Shown: positions 24,782 to 37,081, counted from the first letter of the whole stretch. The stretch is 63,665 bases of DNA, filler included, from Rhabdomonas costata (GCA_019059605.1; 50 parts of 50 records of this genome joined end to end with filler, not necessarily neighbours in it); one strand, 5' to 3'. The notes: a model not told the origin generated them from the letters alone. Translations and numbers: made by a program.

Positions 24782-25856
24782 GTCGGGAAGGGATTTACCG
24801 TACTTTACCGCATTTCCTATTAGTGACTAAATACGGAACACTCTCGATCACCATTGGGACTTTCGGGGGAGGGAGGTGGAATTTAGGCTGCCTACACTAA
24901 AATCCGGACTTTCAGCCTACATCGGGGAAACCCCGACTCTCAAGGACCCACACTCGCACTGGGACACATCCACACAAGAGGGAACATAGACATACGGGGA
25001 CACCCATACGGAGGCGATTCGCACACGCACTGGGACACGGGCCGATTTTAGATGCTGCGCTTGGAGGTGCTCGGCAATAATTCATTATTTCTAATTTGAA
25101 CTCTCATATCCCATTCGAACAGGAATTCTACAATTTTTTAGTTGAGTCGGCTGGGCTGCAAGTCTGGATGGCTCCGGCAACATCCACTTGAGGTTCCTGA
25201 TTTTTCTGGCATCTCTTCCAGGGAACCGATTCGCTCACTCTGGCGCACATTTGCGCTTTTTTCGATGTGGTGTGGACTCATGGCAGTCCCCTCCCCTCTG
25301 GCTTTGTTGTCGTTGTTGCGTTTCCCCAGAAAAAGACAGCGAGGGCATCCCTTTGCTGCACCGTGAGCTGCTTCAGTTCCTGTGGCACCCCCATGCCAAC
25401 TTGAACACCACAACNNNNNNNNNNNNNNNNNNNNNNNNNNNNNNNNNNNNNNNNNNNNTTAATTAATTAANNNNNNNNNNNNNNNNNNNNNNNNNNNNNN
25501 NNNNNNNNNNNNNNAGCACAGCTCGAGAGCGCGGGATAAACTGCAAACGAAAGGGCCATCGGGCAGCCATTATAACCGATGCGCGCTATTGTGTGTGTGG
25601 GTGTGGGTGGGTGGGGATATAGTGCCCGAGAAAGAACTCCATGAATGCAAATCGCTCTCTAAGTAGATTGGAGATAGCCCACCTAGCAGAACACGCCACC
25701 GCTCGCCGCCACATAGCTTACCACACCAGAATGTGAGTCTCCCTCAGTACCCCAGACTCCCTCCTAATATGTCACTTGAATTTTAAGGTACGAGGCTTGC
25801 ACCACCTTGAACAAAGATTTTCGAAGCGAACCCACGTTTTGCGGAAACCCATGCCA

Positions 25857-26282
25857 CTACCTGCTTTTCAAGTTGCAGCACCGGTTCGGTCCCGAACGAC
25901 TACAGGGCGTTGCTAAGTGAATCAGGGAGGGATTTACCTTTTGGGCGAGGCCAAGATCCTCAAGAATGTCGTAAACGTCAACCTTGAGATAGCACTGCCG
26001 CATAAGAAGGGTTAGGTCCTTTTGGTGAGGAGGCTGGTACAAGAGGACTTTCCGAAAGAAGTCTAAAATATGTGCGTCCTCTCGGCTGAACATTGTGTCG
26101 ATGGCAGCTTTCGCAAGTTCCTTGGATAATGTAGAAACGGCGGAGAGATGAAAGTACGACAGCCTGCGAAACTTCCGGGGCAGAATGTTTTTCGCTGCGG
26201 TCTCAAACTTCAGAAACGCAGAGCTGCCCACAATCCTGAAAAAAAGGTTGGAATTAGTTGGAAAAGTATCACAAGCAGACAC
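25857..26282 (-). CDS. Intronless 141-aa ORF of unknown function (possibly element-derived)
   Basis: Open frame with ordinary globular composition and no GC3 bias. No family recognised. Confidence 0.3.
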   Translation of the reverse strand: MSACDTFPTNSNLFFRIVGSSAFLKFETAAKNILPRKFRRLSYFHLSAVSTLSKELAKAAIDTMFSREDAHILDFFRKVLLYQPPHQKDLTLLMRQCYLKVDVYDILEDLGLAQKVNPSLIHLATPCSRSGPNRCCNLKSR

Positions 26283-26682
26283 TCGTCATAAAATTACCAA
26301 AAACCGGACTACGAGTTCAAACATTGGCACCCCTCCCCCTCTTTTGGTAAATGCATATGGGTTTATGCAGTGGAGCCATCGCTGCAGTGCGGCCTGGCCG
26401 AGGAAGGGCCGATTATGCTTTTCTGGAGGTCTTTCTTACCACTTTCCGCGGGATAGCCGCGAATTTTTCGGGCAAATAGCTGTCTTTTTGTTGTCGATGC
26501 GGGCACAGAAACATTACTAAGTTGTGGGATCACGCAATTAACCCGCACGACGACATATTCGGAAAAGCAGAGCTGCCCACAATCCTGAAAAAAAGGTTGG
26601 AATTAGTTGGAAAAGTATCACAAGCAGACACTCGTCATAAAATTACCAAAAACCGGACTACGAGTTCAAACATTGGCACCCC
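26218..26682. repeat. 116-bp exact direct repeat (349-bp offset) reaching the contig end
   Basis: 26218-26333 is identical to 26567-26682. Confidence 0.9.
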
Positions 26683-26891
26683 AACCCCACNNNNNNNNNN
26701 NNNNNNNNNNNNNNNNNNNNNNNNNNNNNNNNNNTTAATTAATTAANNNNNNNNNNNNNNNNNNNNNNNNNNNNNNNNNNNNNNNNNNNNGTTGGTTTTG
26801 TGGATGCTGCCGGTCTGAACATTCCGTACAGTTTGTGGACCCGTTAACACGACACGACACGGGCCACCCTCTCTCACGCTGTGTATTGCAG

Positions 26892-27678
26892 GCCGAGGCG
26901 GCATGCCTCGCCCCTGATGAGCTGGGGCTCTCCAACGAGGTGTTTGGTCTTCGGCTGGGTGGGGGGGACCTGCGGTGGGAGCACTGGGAGACCTTCGGCG
27001 CCATTCCCTCTGCCCGCGCTGGTGTCTGTGTCTGTGTGGTCTGTGTGCATGTGTGCGTGTGTGAGTTCACTCGGGAAAACCTTTCGCCTTCGCACATTTG
27101 CCTTGTCCGCTCAGGGAAACACTCCACGTTGTTGGGAAGGAAGGCGTAAGGACAAATAATTCAAAAAAAAAATACCCAGACGCATCCTGAAAGGAAAGGA
27201 GGCACGGTGTCGAAACATGGAAGAGCTCCCGCTAAAACCCACAAAGGTGTCTTATTTTAGGCGAAGTAGAAAGTTGGCATCACTGCGCACGCCGGCCTGG
27301 CATGTGGGCAAACAGCAAAATTCAAGTGAAAACTGCGTCCCGCCCCTGCTCGCTCATGTCGTTCGCAACGAGCGCAAATAAAAAACATGAAAGACGTGCA
27401 CAGCTAGAAACCATCTCCCGCCAGCCATTGCTAACATAACCGAATACCCTTCCAAGAGCCTCAAAAGGACTATCCTCTTTCTTCCTTCTCTTCTAACCCG
27501 CTGGTTTTGTATTGATCGTTTTTTGAGTCTTTGTTGTTGTTTTATTTCCCTGCGTGTATGGCACTGCTCGATATTTTTTCCACGAGCATCGGGCGAGAGC
27601 TCAGCGTGGAGGAGGTGGAGCTGGTGCAGCGGCTGTCCCCGCAAGGCGTGGCCAAGGTGAACTCCGACGTAGCCCAAG
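26892..27678 (+). CDS. Kelch-type repeat protein exon plus a downstream exon
   Basis: 26892-27021 reads AEAACLAPDELGLSNEVFGLRLGGGDLRWEHWETFGAIPSARA (Nev..l.l....W.....G..PsaR kelch pattern). A second coding block ~27558/27605-27678 reads (RELS)VEEVELVQRLSPQGVAKVNSDVAQ, with an uncertain 5' boundary. Confidence 0.55.
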
Positions 27679-28066
27679 GTTTGGCGTGGAAGCGGCAGTC
27701 GCGCTTGCTCTAGTTTTGGTTGTTTTTCTCCACTGATCCCGTTCCGTTTTTGTGTGCTTGTCGGTTGCAGTGTTGCAATTTGGCTTCCGCTTTGATGCCT
27801 TTTTTTACGTCTTTGATGCCTGAGTTGCCGCCGCACTCAGGTTCCAGGTGTATGTGTCTTCTTGCTGGGCAGGTACTGATTTCCTGCACACAAAGGCAGA
27901 ACATGGCATCTCTCACTATGCTCTCACTATAACGGGGGTCCTTGCGTCCCAGGGACCAACCACAACNNNNNNNNNNNNNNNNNNNNNNNNNNNNNNNNNN
28001 NNNNNNNNNNTTAATTAATTAANNNNNNNNNNNNNNNNNNNNNNNNNNNNNNNNNNNNNNNNNNNN

Positions 28067-29153
28067 GAAAGTAATCGTTGTACGTAACTCCACCTCCGGC
28101 AATCCAGAGCCGGCCTTGGAAAACCGTGATCCCCATCGCCCCACGGGACGCGAAGGCAGCATTCCGCACGACTTCAATCCACTTCCCCTTCAGCGGGTCG
28201 GGGGTACGCCACACGTCGTTATACGCCATGTGGAACCCACGCCCACCAACCACCCAGAACTCGCCCCGGAAGGCCACAAGCCCAATGTTTGCCCGGGAGC
28301 TGAAGTCGCCATCCCTGCCTCGCCTCCAGGCCCGCCCGTCGCGGGTTGCCCAGACACTTCGGGTGGGCTCATGGGCTTCGCCCAATCCCGCCGCAATCAA
28401 GACCTAGAGAATTGAATGTGGAATATTTTCATTAAGTTCGTAGGGGAGGGGGCATTCCTGTTTGCATTCCAAAAAGAAAATGCATTGTGATTGATTTCTG
28501 CGCGTAAATGTGTTAAATCACCAAAAGTGCCCATGCTGTGGTTTTGCGTTGCAGCTGCAGCTGGCAACAAGGCGAGGGAACCGAATGAAGCCAACACAGC
28601 ATCTGACAAGGAGAGGCACCGATGCGTGCCGGGCAACAAAGGAGCCGCAAAAAGTACGAATAGAAGAGTACAGGAAAAAAGGAGAGATGCATGTGGGATA
28701 GTACGCATGCTCACAGCAACGGGGGCCAGCTCGTCCACCCCAATAAGGTGAAACAAGTCGGAAAATGAAGTTTTGGGCACAGGGCCATAAAAACAACAAA
28801 GAAAGAAGGTCGACGTCTTCATTACGAAGAAAAAGAAGACAGTACCTGATTTCCCAGAACCGCGCACCCCGAAGCATAGCGCGAGCTGAAGGCTGGCGAC
28901 GCAGAGACATTAGTCCACGTCAGCGCATCCTTGCTCCGCCATACCTCTGCCAATGCGCGCCCACTGGCCGACAGGCCCCCAAGCGCCATGACCTCACCAC
29001 GGAACACCACCATGCAGGGATTCATCCGGAGGGGCGAGATGGGCGAGGAGCGGTCAAGCGTAACCCAGGAATAGTTGGCTGCGAGAAGAACAAGTGGCTC
29101 CGTCCACCCCTGGCATCTCTCTCCCGCCCATTTCATTTGGATCAAGAGTGGTA
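28067..29153 (-). CDS. Kelch/galactose-oxidase-type beta-propeller protein, 2 exons
   Basis: Exons ~29153-28846 and 28403-28067 join in phase 0, giving four repeats of F..R....vvF.g..w..GG......dVW.s.dg..W. Confidence 0.85.
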
Positions 29154-29490
29154 CTGCAGGACATGGCATTTCAGTATAAAGTTTCCGGAAATGTAAACGA
29201 CCAAGTCAAGACATTCAAAGGGTAACCGTGGTCAAAACCCACNNNNNNNNNNNNNNNNNNNNNNNNNNNNNNNNNNNNNNNNNNNNTTAATTAATTAANN
29301 NNNNNNNNNNNNNNNNNNNNNNNNNNNNNNNNNNNNNNNNNNTGGGGGGAAATAGGGACAGATAGAGGCAAGCCTGGACTGAAAACGGATGCTCGCGTGG
29401 AAAAGGAGGCCCGCTAGAAAAGACCCCGGGCCTACGTCGTACACTAATGTCCAGATGGACCTGGCCCCGTGGTTTAGTTTCGTCCTTCAT

Positions 29491-29569
29491 CGTAATAACG
29501 CCGTTATATTGTATAACGCCTTTATACCGTATAAACGAATATACCGGCGTTATGCCGTTTAAAGCCCTG
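29491..29569 (-). mobile_element. MITE/hAT-like terminus with clustered subterminal motifs
   Basis: The minus strand begins CAGGGCTTTAAACGGCATAACGCCGG..., with dense TAACG/ATAACGCC/TATAC repeats. The partner end and TSD were not found. Confidence 0.3.
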
Positions 29570-31894
29570 GTTCTTCTTCTGAAGTCCTGAACCACTGAAC
29601 CAATTCCGAACTTGGCTCGGGGATGCAGACGGAAGGGAGCAAGAAAGAGGCCAACCATCGACGGCGCTGCGAAAAGTGCGCTGCACGCGGCTTCCAGCAC
29701 TGCATTTGGAGTTCTTGCGGTCCTCTGGTCCCGGAGGCCGGAGAAGGATGGTGCAGGAAGTGCGGACTTCTCCGGAGCTCATGGGAGAGCCTGGCGCGTC
29801 TGTAAGTGACTGCACCTGCGGCCACAGATAGCCATACGCGGCTCAAACATACCATCGGTGCGGACAGTTAAAACTGCCGCCTATGAGGATAGATGCCCTG
29901 CCCAGCTCTGCGCGGTCAAAGTTGGGGGTGGGGGGCCAATACTGTTGACAATCCTGACCTATCGATTCCACGTGGCGGTAAACAAGGAAGCTGGGGAGCT
30001 CACAAACAACCCATAAAAACAGAGAGGACTGCGCAAAGAAAATAGCCAGATACCTTGACTTCACCGCTGTTCACCCGCAGGAGAGGAGGCGGAAAAGAGG
30101 ACATTCCTCCCGAAAGGTGGCTGCAAGGGAAGATACACCATCATTCTGACAGAAACTTCACCCCATCGACTTATCATTTCAAGCGATTCCCGAATCCCAG
30201 TGCACTGTGCTATGATTCTTCTGTTACTTCCTGGAATTCTCTGCAACTCTTCTCTGCGACGCTTCAAAAAGAAAAGCCATCGTTGATCTGCGAAACCAAC
30301 ATAACCAATTCCAAAATGTGGTAGGGGCTGAAAGTAAGCAACTCGGCATCTGAATGCCGAAGTATCACACTCTGTCCGGCAAAAATGTGGTAGCGGCTAA
30401 TGTTCAGTTCAAGTGACCTGTGCAGTGAGGGGACCTCAGCGAGCTGCGTCAGATTGCCGCGGGCCTCGTCCTCGTTCCCTCCGCCCTCCTCCTCCTCCTC
30501 CTCCCCTTCCCCAAAAACNNNNNNNNNNNNNNNNNNNNNNNNNNNNNNNNNNNNNNNNNNNNTTAATTAATTAANNNNNNNNNNNNNNNNNNNNNNNNNN
30601 NNNNNNNNNNNNNNNNNNAAGTAAGGTCCTTTGGCGGTTGTTCCTAAAATCGATGCCGTCAAGTCGCATAAACCAACCTTTCGATGCTTTTAACCCGCGT
30701 CCAAAGAAAAAGGGGTTCATGGTAAACTGCATTCGGAAAGAAAAACACGCGCAGCCGCAGGTCCTCCTTTTCCACCATTCAAAATTCCTTTGGAGGCCCA
30801 CTCTTCTGCCGGGCCCGCATACCTGAGGGCAGATCCCAGGATGCTTCATGCTGGCACCCGTTTGGGCCGGGATGTTTCGATTTACAGCAGCCTTGACGGG
30901 GTGACGTTCGGGCCGTTTGGCTCTAGGTATCGGTGGATGGTATGTATACGCTGGAGGGAGGGATGAAGAAGGTGGGCACGGGGAGCCCATCTTTTCCTTG
31001 GAAAAACCCAAAATCGAAAATCGCGTCTCAGAAGTTGCACGGCTCTTATGAGGTTGTGCTTCAGCATTTGCATTTGCATTTGCATTTGCATTCAGCAGCA
31101 CCCACACAGCTCCAATCCGCATCACCAGTGTCGAAGACTCGGAGGACTGTACCAAGTTGCTGAAAACCACAGAGCATTAATCTTCAACTTCCAAAAAACG
31201 CATCCATCGGTCACTTCGGGCTTCCAATCGCCTCTGTGGCGAATTCTAACTAACCAAGGGGCCAAGAAGCCAGAAAGTCGGGAAGGACGATTCACCTCTT
31301 GCGCCTCAGTGGCTTCACAATCCGTGCGTACACAGGTACAGAGGAAGAATACTACTGGCACCAAACCGAAGGCAAGGCGGAGCTGGCTGGCAAAGTACAT
31401 GGGCTTAGAGGTACAGAGAGCGGCTTCCTCCCTTCATCACGCTGGTAGGCACAGAGAGGGGCCGTCATACAAAGAAGGGGCGGGGCGGACATCACACTGC
31501 TTGCCCTCATTTTGGGAGGTACAGTACAGAGAGCGGTATGCTAGAAAAATGAATGGCTCTCACAAAAAGCAGTGGTGAGTGCAACACAAAACAGACTACT
31601 GTTACAATGAGGTGCGGTGGGAAGAGGAGAAACATGGACGGGAATCCCCAGAGGCTTCCCTCCGTGATGATGCCCCCCTCCCCATTCCCAACATCCCCAT
31701 TCGCACGCAAAGAAGGACCAGTGGCCGTGGCCGTGGCCCCTTCACACACCGTCTCAGTAACCTGTGGGAAGGAACAGAAAACACCCAACCACCCNNNNNN
31801 NNNNNNNNNNNNNNNNNNNNNNNNNNNNNNNNNNNNNNTTAATTAATTAANNNNNNNNNNNNNNNNNNNNNNNNNNNNNNNNNNNNNNNNNNNN

Positions 31895-32834
31895 TGTTGT
31901 TTGAGATCGGGCATATGCTGAACTACGCGGAGTCGATGTACTTCCGGCAGGCAGGGCTTCGGATGGACAACTTCGTGACGGCGATGAAAGTGTGGTGGCC
32001 TTTGACGGTGCCGCACATGCTGGGAGTAACGTCGTTCTTCGCTTCCACGCTTATCTGGCCCGGGCTTCCTGGGCATGGCCGGATGGTGTCTGCGGGCCCG
32101 TCGGTTGGAATGGCGCAGTTCATCTCATTCAACGCCACGGTGTGCAACGACACGGTGAACTTCCCGGGCAGCAACTGCAGGTTCCGTTTTCGCTTATGTC
32201 CTGAGTTTTAGGTTGTTAGTGTTGTGTGGGAAGATGCGAACAGCAGGTATGGGGACCGGGAACATGGTGCTTTTGTGGAAGCTGTTGTGGTACATTTGTT
32301 TTCATTGCAGCATCACTGGGACGGAGTTCTATGCCCTGAACACCACCACTTACCTGCCAATCTACAGCAAGATGCTGCTGTCTGATCCCAAGGGCGATGC
32401 CATGACCAACGCCGCCATGCAGAGTGGGTCCTACTCGCGCGGTCTGAGCTCGAACTTCCGCTCCAGCACCAGCAACCTGTTCAACCCAGGGTACTCCGAG
32501 GTCTACATCTCCCTCAATACGGATATGATGGTTGCGGTGACCGTGTGCATTCTGGGCGACCGAGGGGAGTGCGTGGGTCAGCTGAGCAAGGTGATGCTGC
32601 TGAAGTTCTTGGGGGAGTTCCTGCGCAGCCTGGTGACGCAGAGCAGCCTGCTGTCGATGGGGGGCCGTGTCTTTAGCTACCAGGCGCAGGGCAACATCAC
32701 TGGGGCGAGCCACGGCAGCTTTTACGTTACTGCGGGCACGGGGCTTCGACGGCTTTGCGTGTGGGAGAGCGATGACGCCATTACTGCGAAGGCCGGGCAG
32801 CTTCTGCTTCCCAGCCTGCTTGCCGCAGGCAGCG
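31895..32834 (+). CDS. Cache-like extracellular sensor domain of a receptor cyclase-type protein, 2 exons
   Basis: Exons 31895-32180 and 32311-~32834 join in phase 2. GECVGQLSKVMLLKFLGEFLRSL...GGRVFSYQAQGNITGASHG...RLCVWESDDAITAKAG matches the dCache pattern G......L..l..fL..l....G.vf.....G.l.asS...Rl.a.eS.d..i. Confidence 0.65.
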
Positions 32835-33475
32835 GTATCCGCTTTGCCGTTGTTTATTTCTCTCTCCCCGTTTATGATTCGGTTAAAGTTCCACAAGCTT
32901 CTTCCGATTTTGTTGGGATGCACTGCGCAAAATTTTGTTTTGTTGCCTGCAACAGCCTTTGGCGTGTCCCTGTTTCTCTGACGTTGTGGAAGCTCCATGG
33001 CGCACCTTTCTTTCACATTCATTTGATCGACTTTTATCACTGCAGGTTCCTCGGTATCTAACCCCACACCNNNNNNNNNNNNNNNNNNNNNNNNNNNNNN
33101 NNNNNNNNNNNNNNTTAATTAATTAANNNNNNNNNNNNNNNNNNNNNNNNNNNNNNNNNNNNNNNNNNNNGTGTGTGTGTAATAATTCTGACTATCGAGT
33201 GTTGTAGTGTTTTTGTTGGACCATTCAGATTTCTTCGGGTGGGCCTGAAAGTGCTTCTTCTTCGACAGAGATATATGCAATGAATGGCACAACAAGTGGG
33301 CATTCTGTGCCCAAAGCATGAAACCTGAGGAGAATATCTATCTCTTTTCCTGTCATAGTGACGAGTTTTGGGTTTCTGAGACGCCAACTCTTCTTCCGTC
33401 ATTGGAAAGTGCAACAATTTCTGGAAAACTGCTGAGAGAACAAATTCGAGGAAGAGAGGGGGATGCAATACGCAG

Positions 33476-34139
33476 GTCTCTGGGCTGGAGAAGGTTGACA
33501 TGGAGAAGACCCTCGTTCTGGCCAATTCCATGGGGTTGTTCCTGCAGAAGGTCAACATCACCCGTGACTACCTGGAGGACATCCAGAACGAGCCCCCGCG
33601 CATTTTCTGGCCCAAGGAGGTTCCTCCTCTGTACCAGTCACAAGACGTTCTCCACCTGACCTTAAAAAACAATCGGAACGGAGACCTTTTCTGAGGATAC
33701 CCTTGGTTGGCGCAAGGCGGAGCTGTTCAGATGTTGATGAGGACACTGCCTCTGTTCCACACCTTCTCATCTCTATTACTGAAATACCACACCTATTTGC
33801 ATATTTGCACATCGAGCGGGGTCCGTTACCCTCCGGATCCCTCTTGAGCATATCGGTCAGAGGTTTTGTTCTTCTCAGCTACAAGCCACGCCTCGTGTTC
33901 CCCGCAGATCTGGTCTCGGTTCGGGGACGAGTTCCACAGCTTCCAGCTCGCGGAGAACCGCGAGGCCGCTGTGGGGTGCCTGAATGCAATGATCCTGGAC
34001 TCCCTGAAGCACGTCCCTGACGTGATGGCCTACCTGAGCCAGCTGCGCGACCCGCTGGTTTTCGAGTTCTGCGCCATCCCGCAGACCATGGCTATCGCCA
34101 CGATGGCCGCCCTGGTGAGCAACCCCAATGTCTTCACTG
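33476..34139 (+). CDS. FDFT1: Squalene synthase (farnesyl-diphosphate farnesyltransferase), 2 exons
   Basis: Exons 33476-33619 and 33908-34139: [22 protein letters not shown]...RIFWPKE-IWS...[16 protein letters not shown]...[14 protein letters not shown], with the conserved region IV and FCAIPQ motifs. Confidence 0.97.
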
Positions 34140-34619
34140 GTTGTGCTCTCTCATTCTCTCATTCTCTCTCTCTCTCTCTTACTCTCTTTCGTTCTTTCTT
34201 TCTGGGCTGGGGTCTTTGGTCTTTGACGTCTTTGCCAGACCCCTGTGGGCATCAAAGCTTGCTTTTTTTTTTTAGGCCAATAGAGGAAGTGCAGGGTGGG
34301 AGAGTAAGAAGGTGAGTGAGGGAGATGCTGATTCATCAGAAGAATTNNNNNNNNNNNNNNNNNNNNNNNNNNNNNNNNNNNNNNNNNNNNTTAATTAATT
34401 AANNNNNNNNNNNNNNNNNNNNNNNNNNNNNNNNNNNNNNNNNNNNGTGGGGGTTGGGTGAGTGCACCGCTTAAATTCCTGCCGTCGTCTCGCAACATAA
34501 GTATTTCACATATGTCTCAATGGCATGCGCTGCCCCTTGTGGCTCCCTGTTTCAACAACCTCAAAAAGTCGTAGTGGCACACGATTTGAGGAAACAAGAG
34601 AAAGATGCAAAATGCCCAC

Positions 34620-35619
34620 CTCAGCCAAAGGTGACGTGGTGATCGCCTCCGAGAACTGCCTGGGCAGGGGGTCCACAGGACGCAATCGCACGGTGAACAA
34701 GAAAACCGGCTCTGGGGGGCACCCCGAGGACTTGCGGTGCAGGCGGCCCCGGCCCAGCCGAATGGTTCCGTCTTTGGACCTTTTATCGCGGAAACACAGC
34801 AAAAAAAAACGTGCACCACCGCTAAAAAAAAGTACCCAGATGGCAAACAATCAATTTAAAAGTATGAGAAAACAAGGGAAACAAGGGGAGAGGGAGGGGG
34901 GTAGGGGGACAAAAAACCTAAGAGGAATCTCCCGCTCCCTCTCCAGGATGCACCGCCGGCCCTGCTTCAGGTGACTCTGCACGCACAGGTCGTGATACAG
35001 CCGGTAGGGCTCGGGCAGCACGGCGGTGAGGCTGGTCTCTAGAAGCTCCGCGGCGGACTCGTAGCCCAGCCCCGAGTACAGCGCGGCGTTGACCTGTATC
35101 CGCGAGATAACGGCGGGGCCGAGGTGTGAGGATACGGTTGATTTGAGGAGTTCCGGGCAGGTGGATACCAAAAACGAGAGTGGCTCTTTTCAAGGCAAAT
35201 GCCGGTACTATTGGTCTTGCTACTTTGTCTGTTGCCAAGTTTACTTAGTACTACAATACAGTTACATCTGCACACATGCACACATACGAACTCACTTATA
35301 TCTGCACTTATGCGCCTGGCACTTGACAATGACGTGATTTTTTTTTGGGAGGGGGTAGATAACAAGGTCGATTTTTTTTTTGCTGATTCTAACAAAAAAA
35401 ACTTTGAACCACACCAGAAACCCACCACCCAGTCTTTTTCGCTCAGCCCACTAGGGGGACGAGTTTGCCTTCTGCCACGCGGAATTCCACCAAAGGATAC
35501 AAAGAATCAAAACAGCAATCAATAAAAACAATCAAAACAGAACGCAATACCCAGAGAATGGTGCCAAACTTGTCCGTGACCACCCCTCCCTCGTCCTCCG
35601 GGAACCCCTCCAGCTCGGC
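34620..35619 (-). CDS. PAS/PAC domain (FixL-like), 3 exons
   Basis: Exons 35619-35551, 35093-34918 and 34779-34620: FPEDEGGVVTDKFGTILW-VNAALYSGLGYESAAELLETSLTAVLPEPYRLYHDLCVQSHLKQGRRCILEREREIPLR-SKDGTIR. Confidence 0.85.
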
Positions 35620-36212
35620 NNNNNNNNNNNNNNNNNNNNNNNNNNNNNNNNNNNNNNNNNNNNTTAATTAATTAANNNNNNNNNNNNNNNNNNNNNNNNN
35701 NNNNNNNNNNNNNNNNNNNGTACGCAGCGCAGGCCTTCACCACTGAAATAACTCTGTCCCTTTTGTTTGGAAACTACTGGGAATAGTTCATCGCCGTTCC
35801 CGGGCAAATTCACCGAAAGAGCCTGTAACACACCAGAAAACCCGAGGAAAGGAACTTCGATACAATATGTCGAATATTGTAACCCGCCGTTTAAACACGT
35901 TAAAAAGGTTTGACAACGTTAACCCGTTTAACACCCCCACCCCAACGCATCGGATCGGATCGGAAAAGGAACCAGAAACACAGAACAGTGCACCAATGTC
36001 CGGAGCTCTGAGCAACGGAGCGGGCAGGGGGAACTGGTAAAGGACCCGGAGGGGGAGGAAGGAGAGATCAAGGAAGAGGATTGCAAACGGAATAAGCCGA
36101 TATGATTGCTTTTCCACAATCTTTCACTAGAGTGGTCCAAAAACATAACCGCACTCCACAGCATCGTCCCCACTCCCTTCCCCTTCCAACGCGCGCACAC
36201 ACACACACATAC

Positions 36213-36501
36213 TGGAAATGATGATCGAGGACATCTCCTGAAGGTACTCCGCGATGAGGTCGCTGAGCTGCACGTAGCTCAGCGCCTCGGAGATCCCCGT
36301 GAAGTTCACCATGTCACTGAAGTGGATCGACACCTCCGCCGGCTTCATCCCCAACCGGTGGAGGGTGTTGTCCCTCAGCAGAACCCGCACCACGGTGGGG
36401 GGGAGGTACCGCCCAAACGCCAGCAGGGCCTCCTCCAAGGAGTGCGTTGTGCGCTGGATGTCCTGAATCTCAGTGAAGGGGCTGAACGTCCGACGGCCGC
36501 T
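36213..36501 (-). CDS. Class III adenylate/guanylate cyclase, start of catalytic domain
   Basis: SPFTEIQDI...LLAFGRYLPPTVVRVLL...LGMKPAEVSIHFSDMVNFTGISEAL...LIAEYLQEMSSII shows the HAMP end, the F.rYlP helix and the metal-binding FSD..nFT..sE motif. Confidence 0.92.
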
Positions 36502-37081
36502 CTGAGAAGGCCAAGGCGATGCTTAGCGATGAGAAAATAAAGACAAAATACCACAGCGAAAAGTTGTGAACACTGCGGTGACTGCACTGCTCACAAGAAT
36601 CGGCACAGCACGGGTTGGTGGCTATTGATAACAGGAAGAAGTGAGAGAGTTGCGGAGACGAGTAACGGAACTTTAGAACCTTTTAGAACCTTTAGAACGC
36701 CTTGAAGAAAAATGGGCGAATCGAATCCTACTCAAGGGAAAAGGCTGCACAGAAGCCTACCATGGAGATTTCCATATTCCGGAGACGCTCCATCTCCATC
36801 ACAAGGTGGTTCAGCGGGCGAGTCAATAGCACCACCAAGATGGCTGTCAGAATGCAGGTTCTGGCAAAGCAGAAAAAAAATAAAGCCAAAAAAACNNNNN
36901 NNNNNNNNNNNNNNNNNNNNNNNNNNNNNNNNNNNNNNNTTAATTAATTAANNNNNNNNNNNNNNNNNNNNNNNNNNNNNNNNNNNNNNNNNNNNGGGGG
37001 GGGGTGTACAGGGAAGCGCTTCTTCTCTATTTATTTACGTCTCTAAGGGAATTTCTGGTGGCTCCCTAACCCTTCCGCCAG

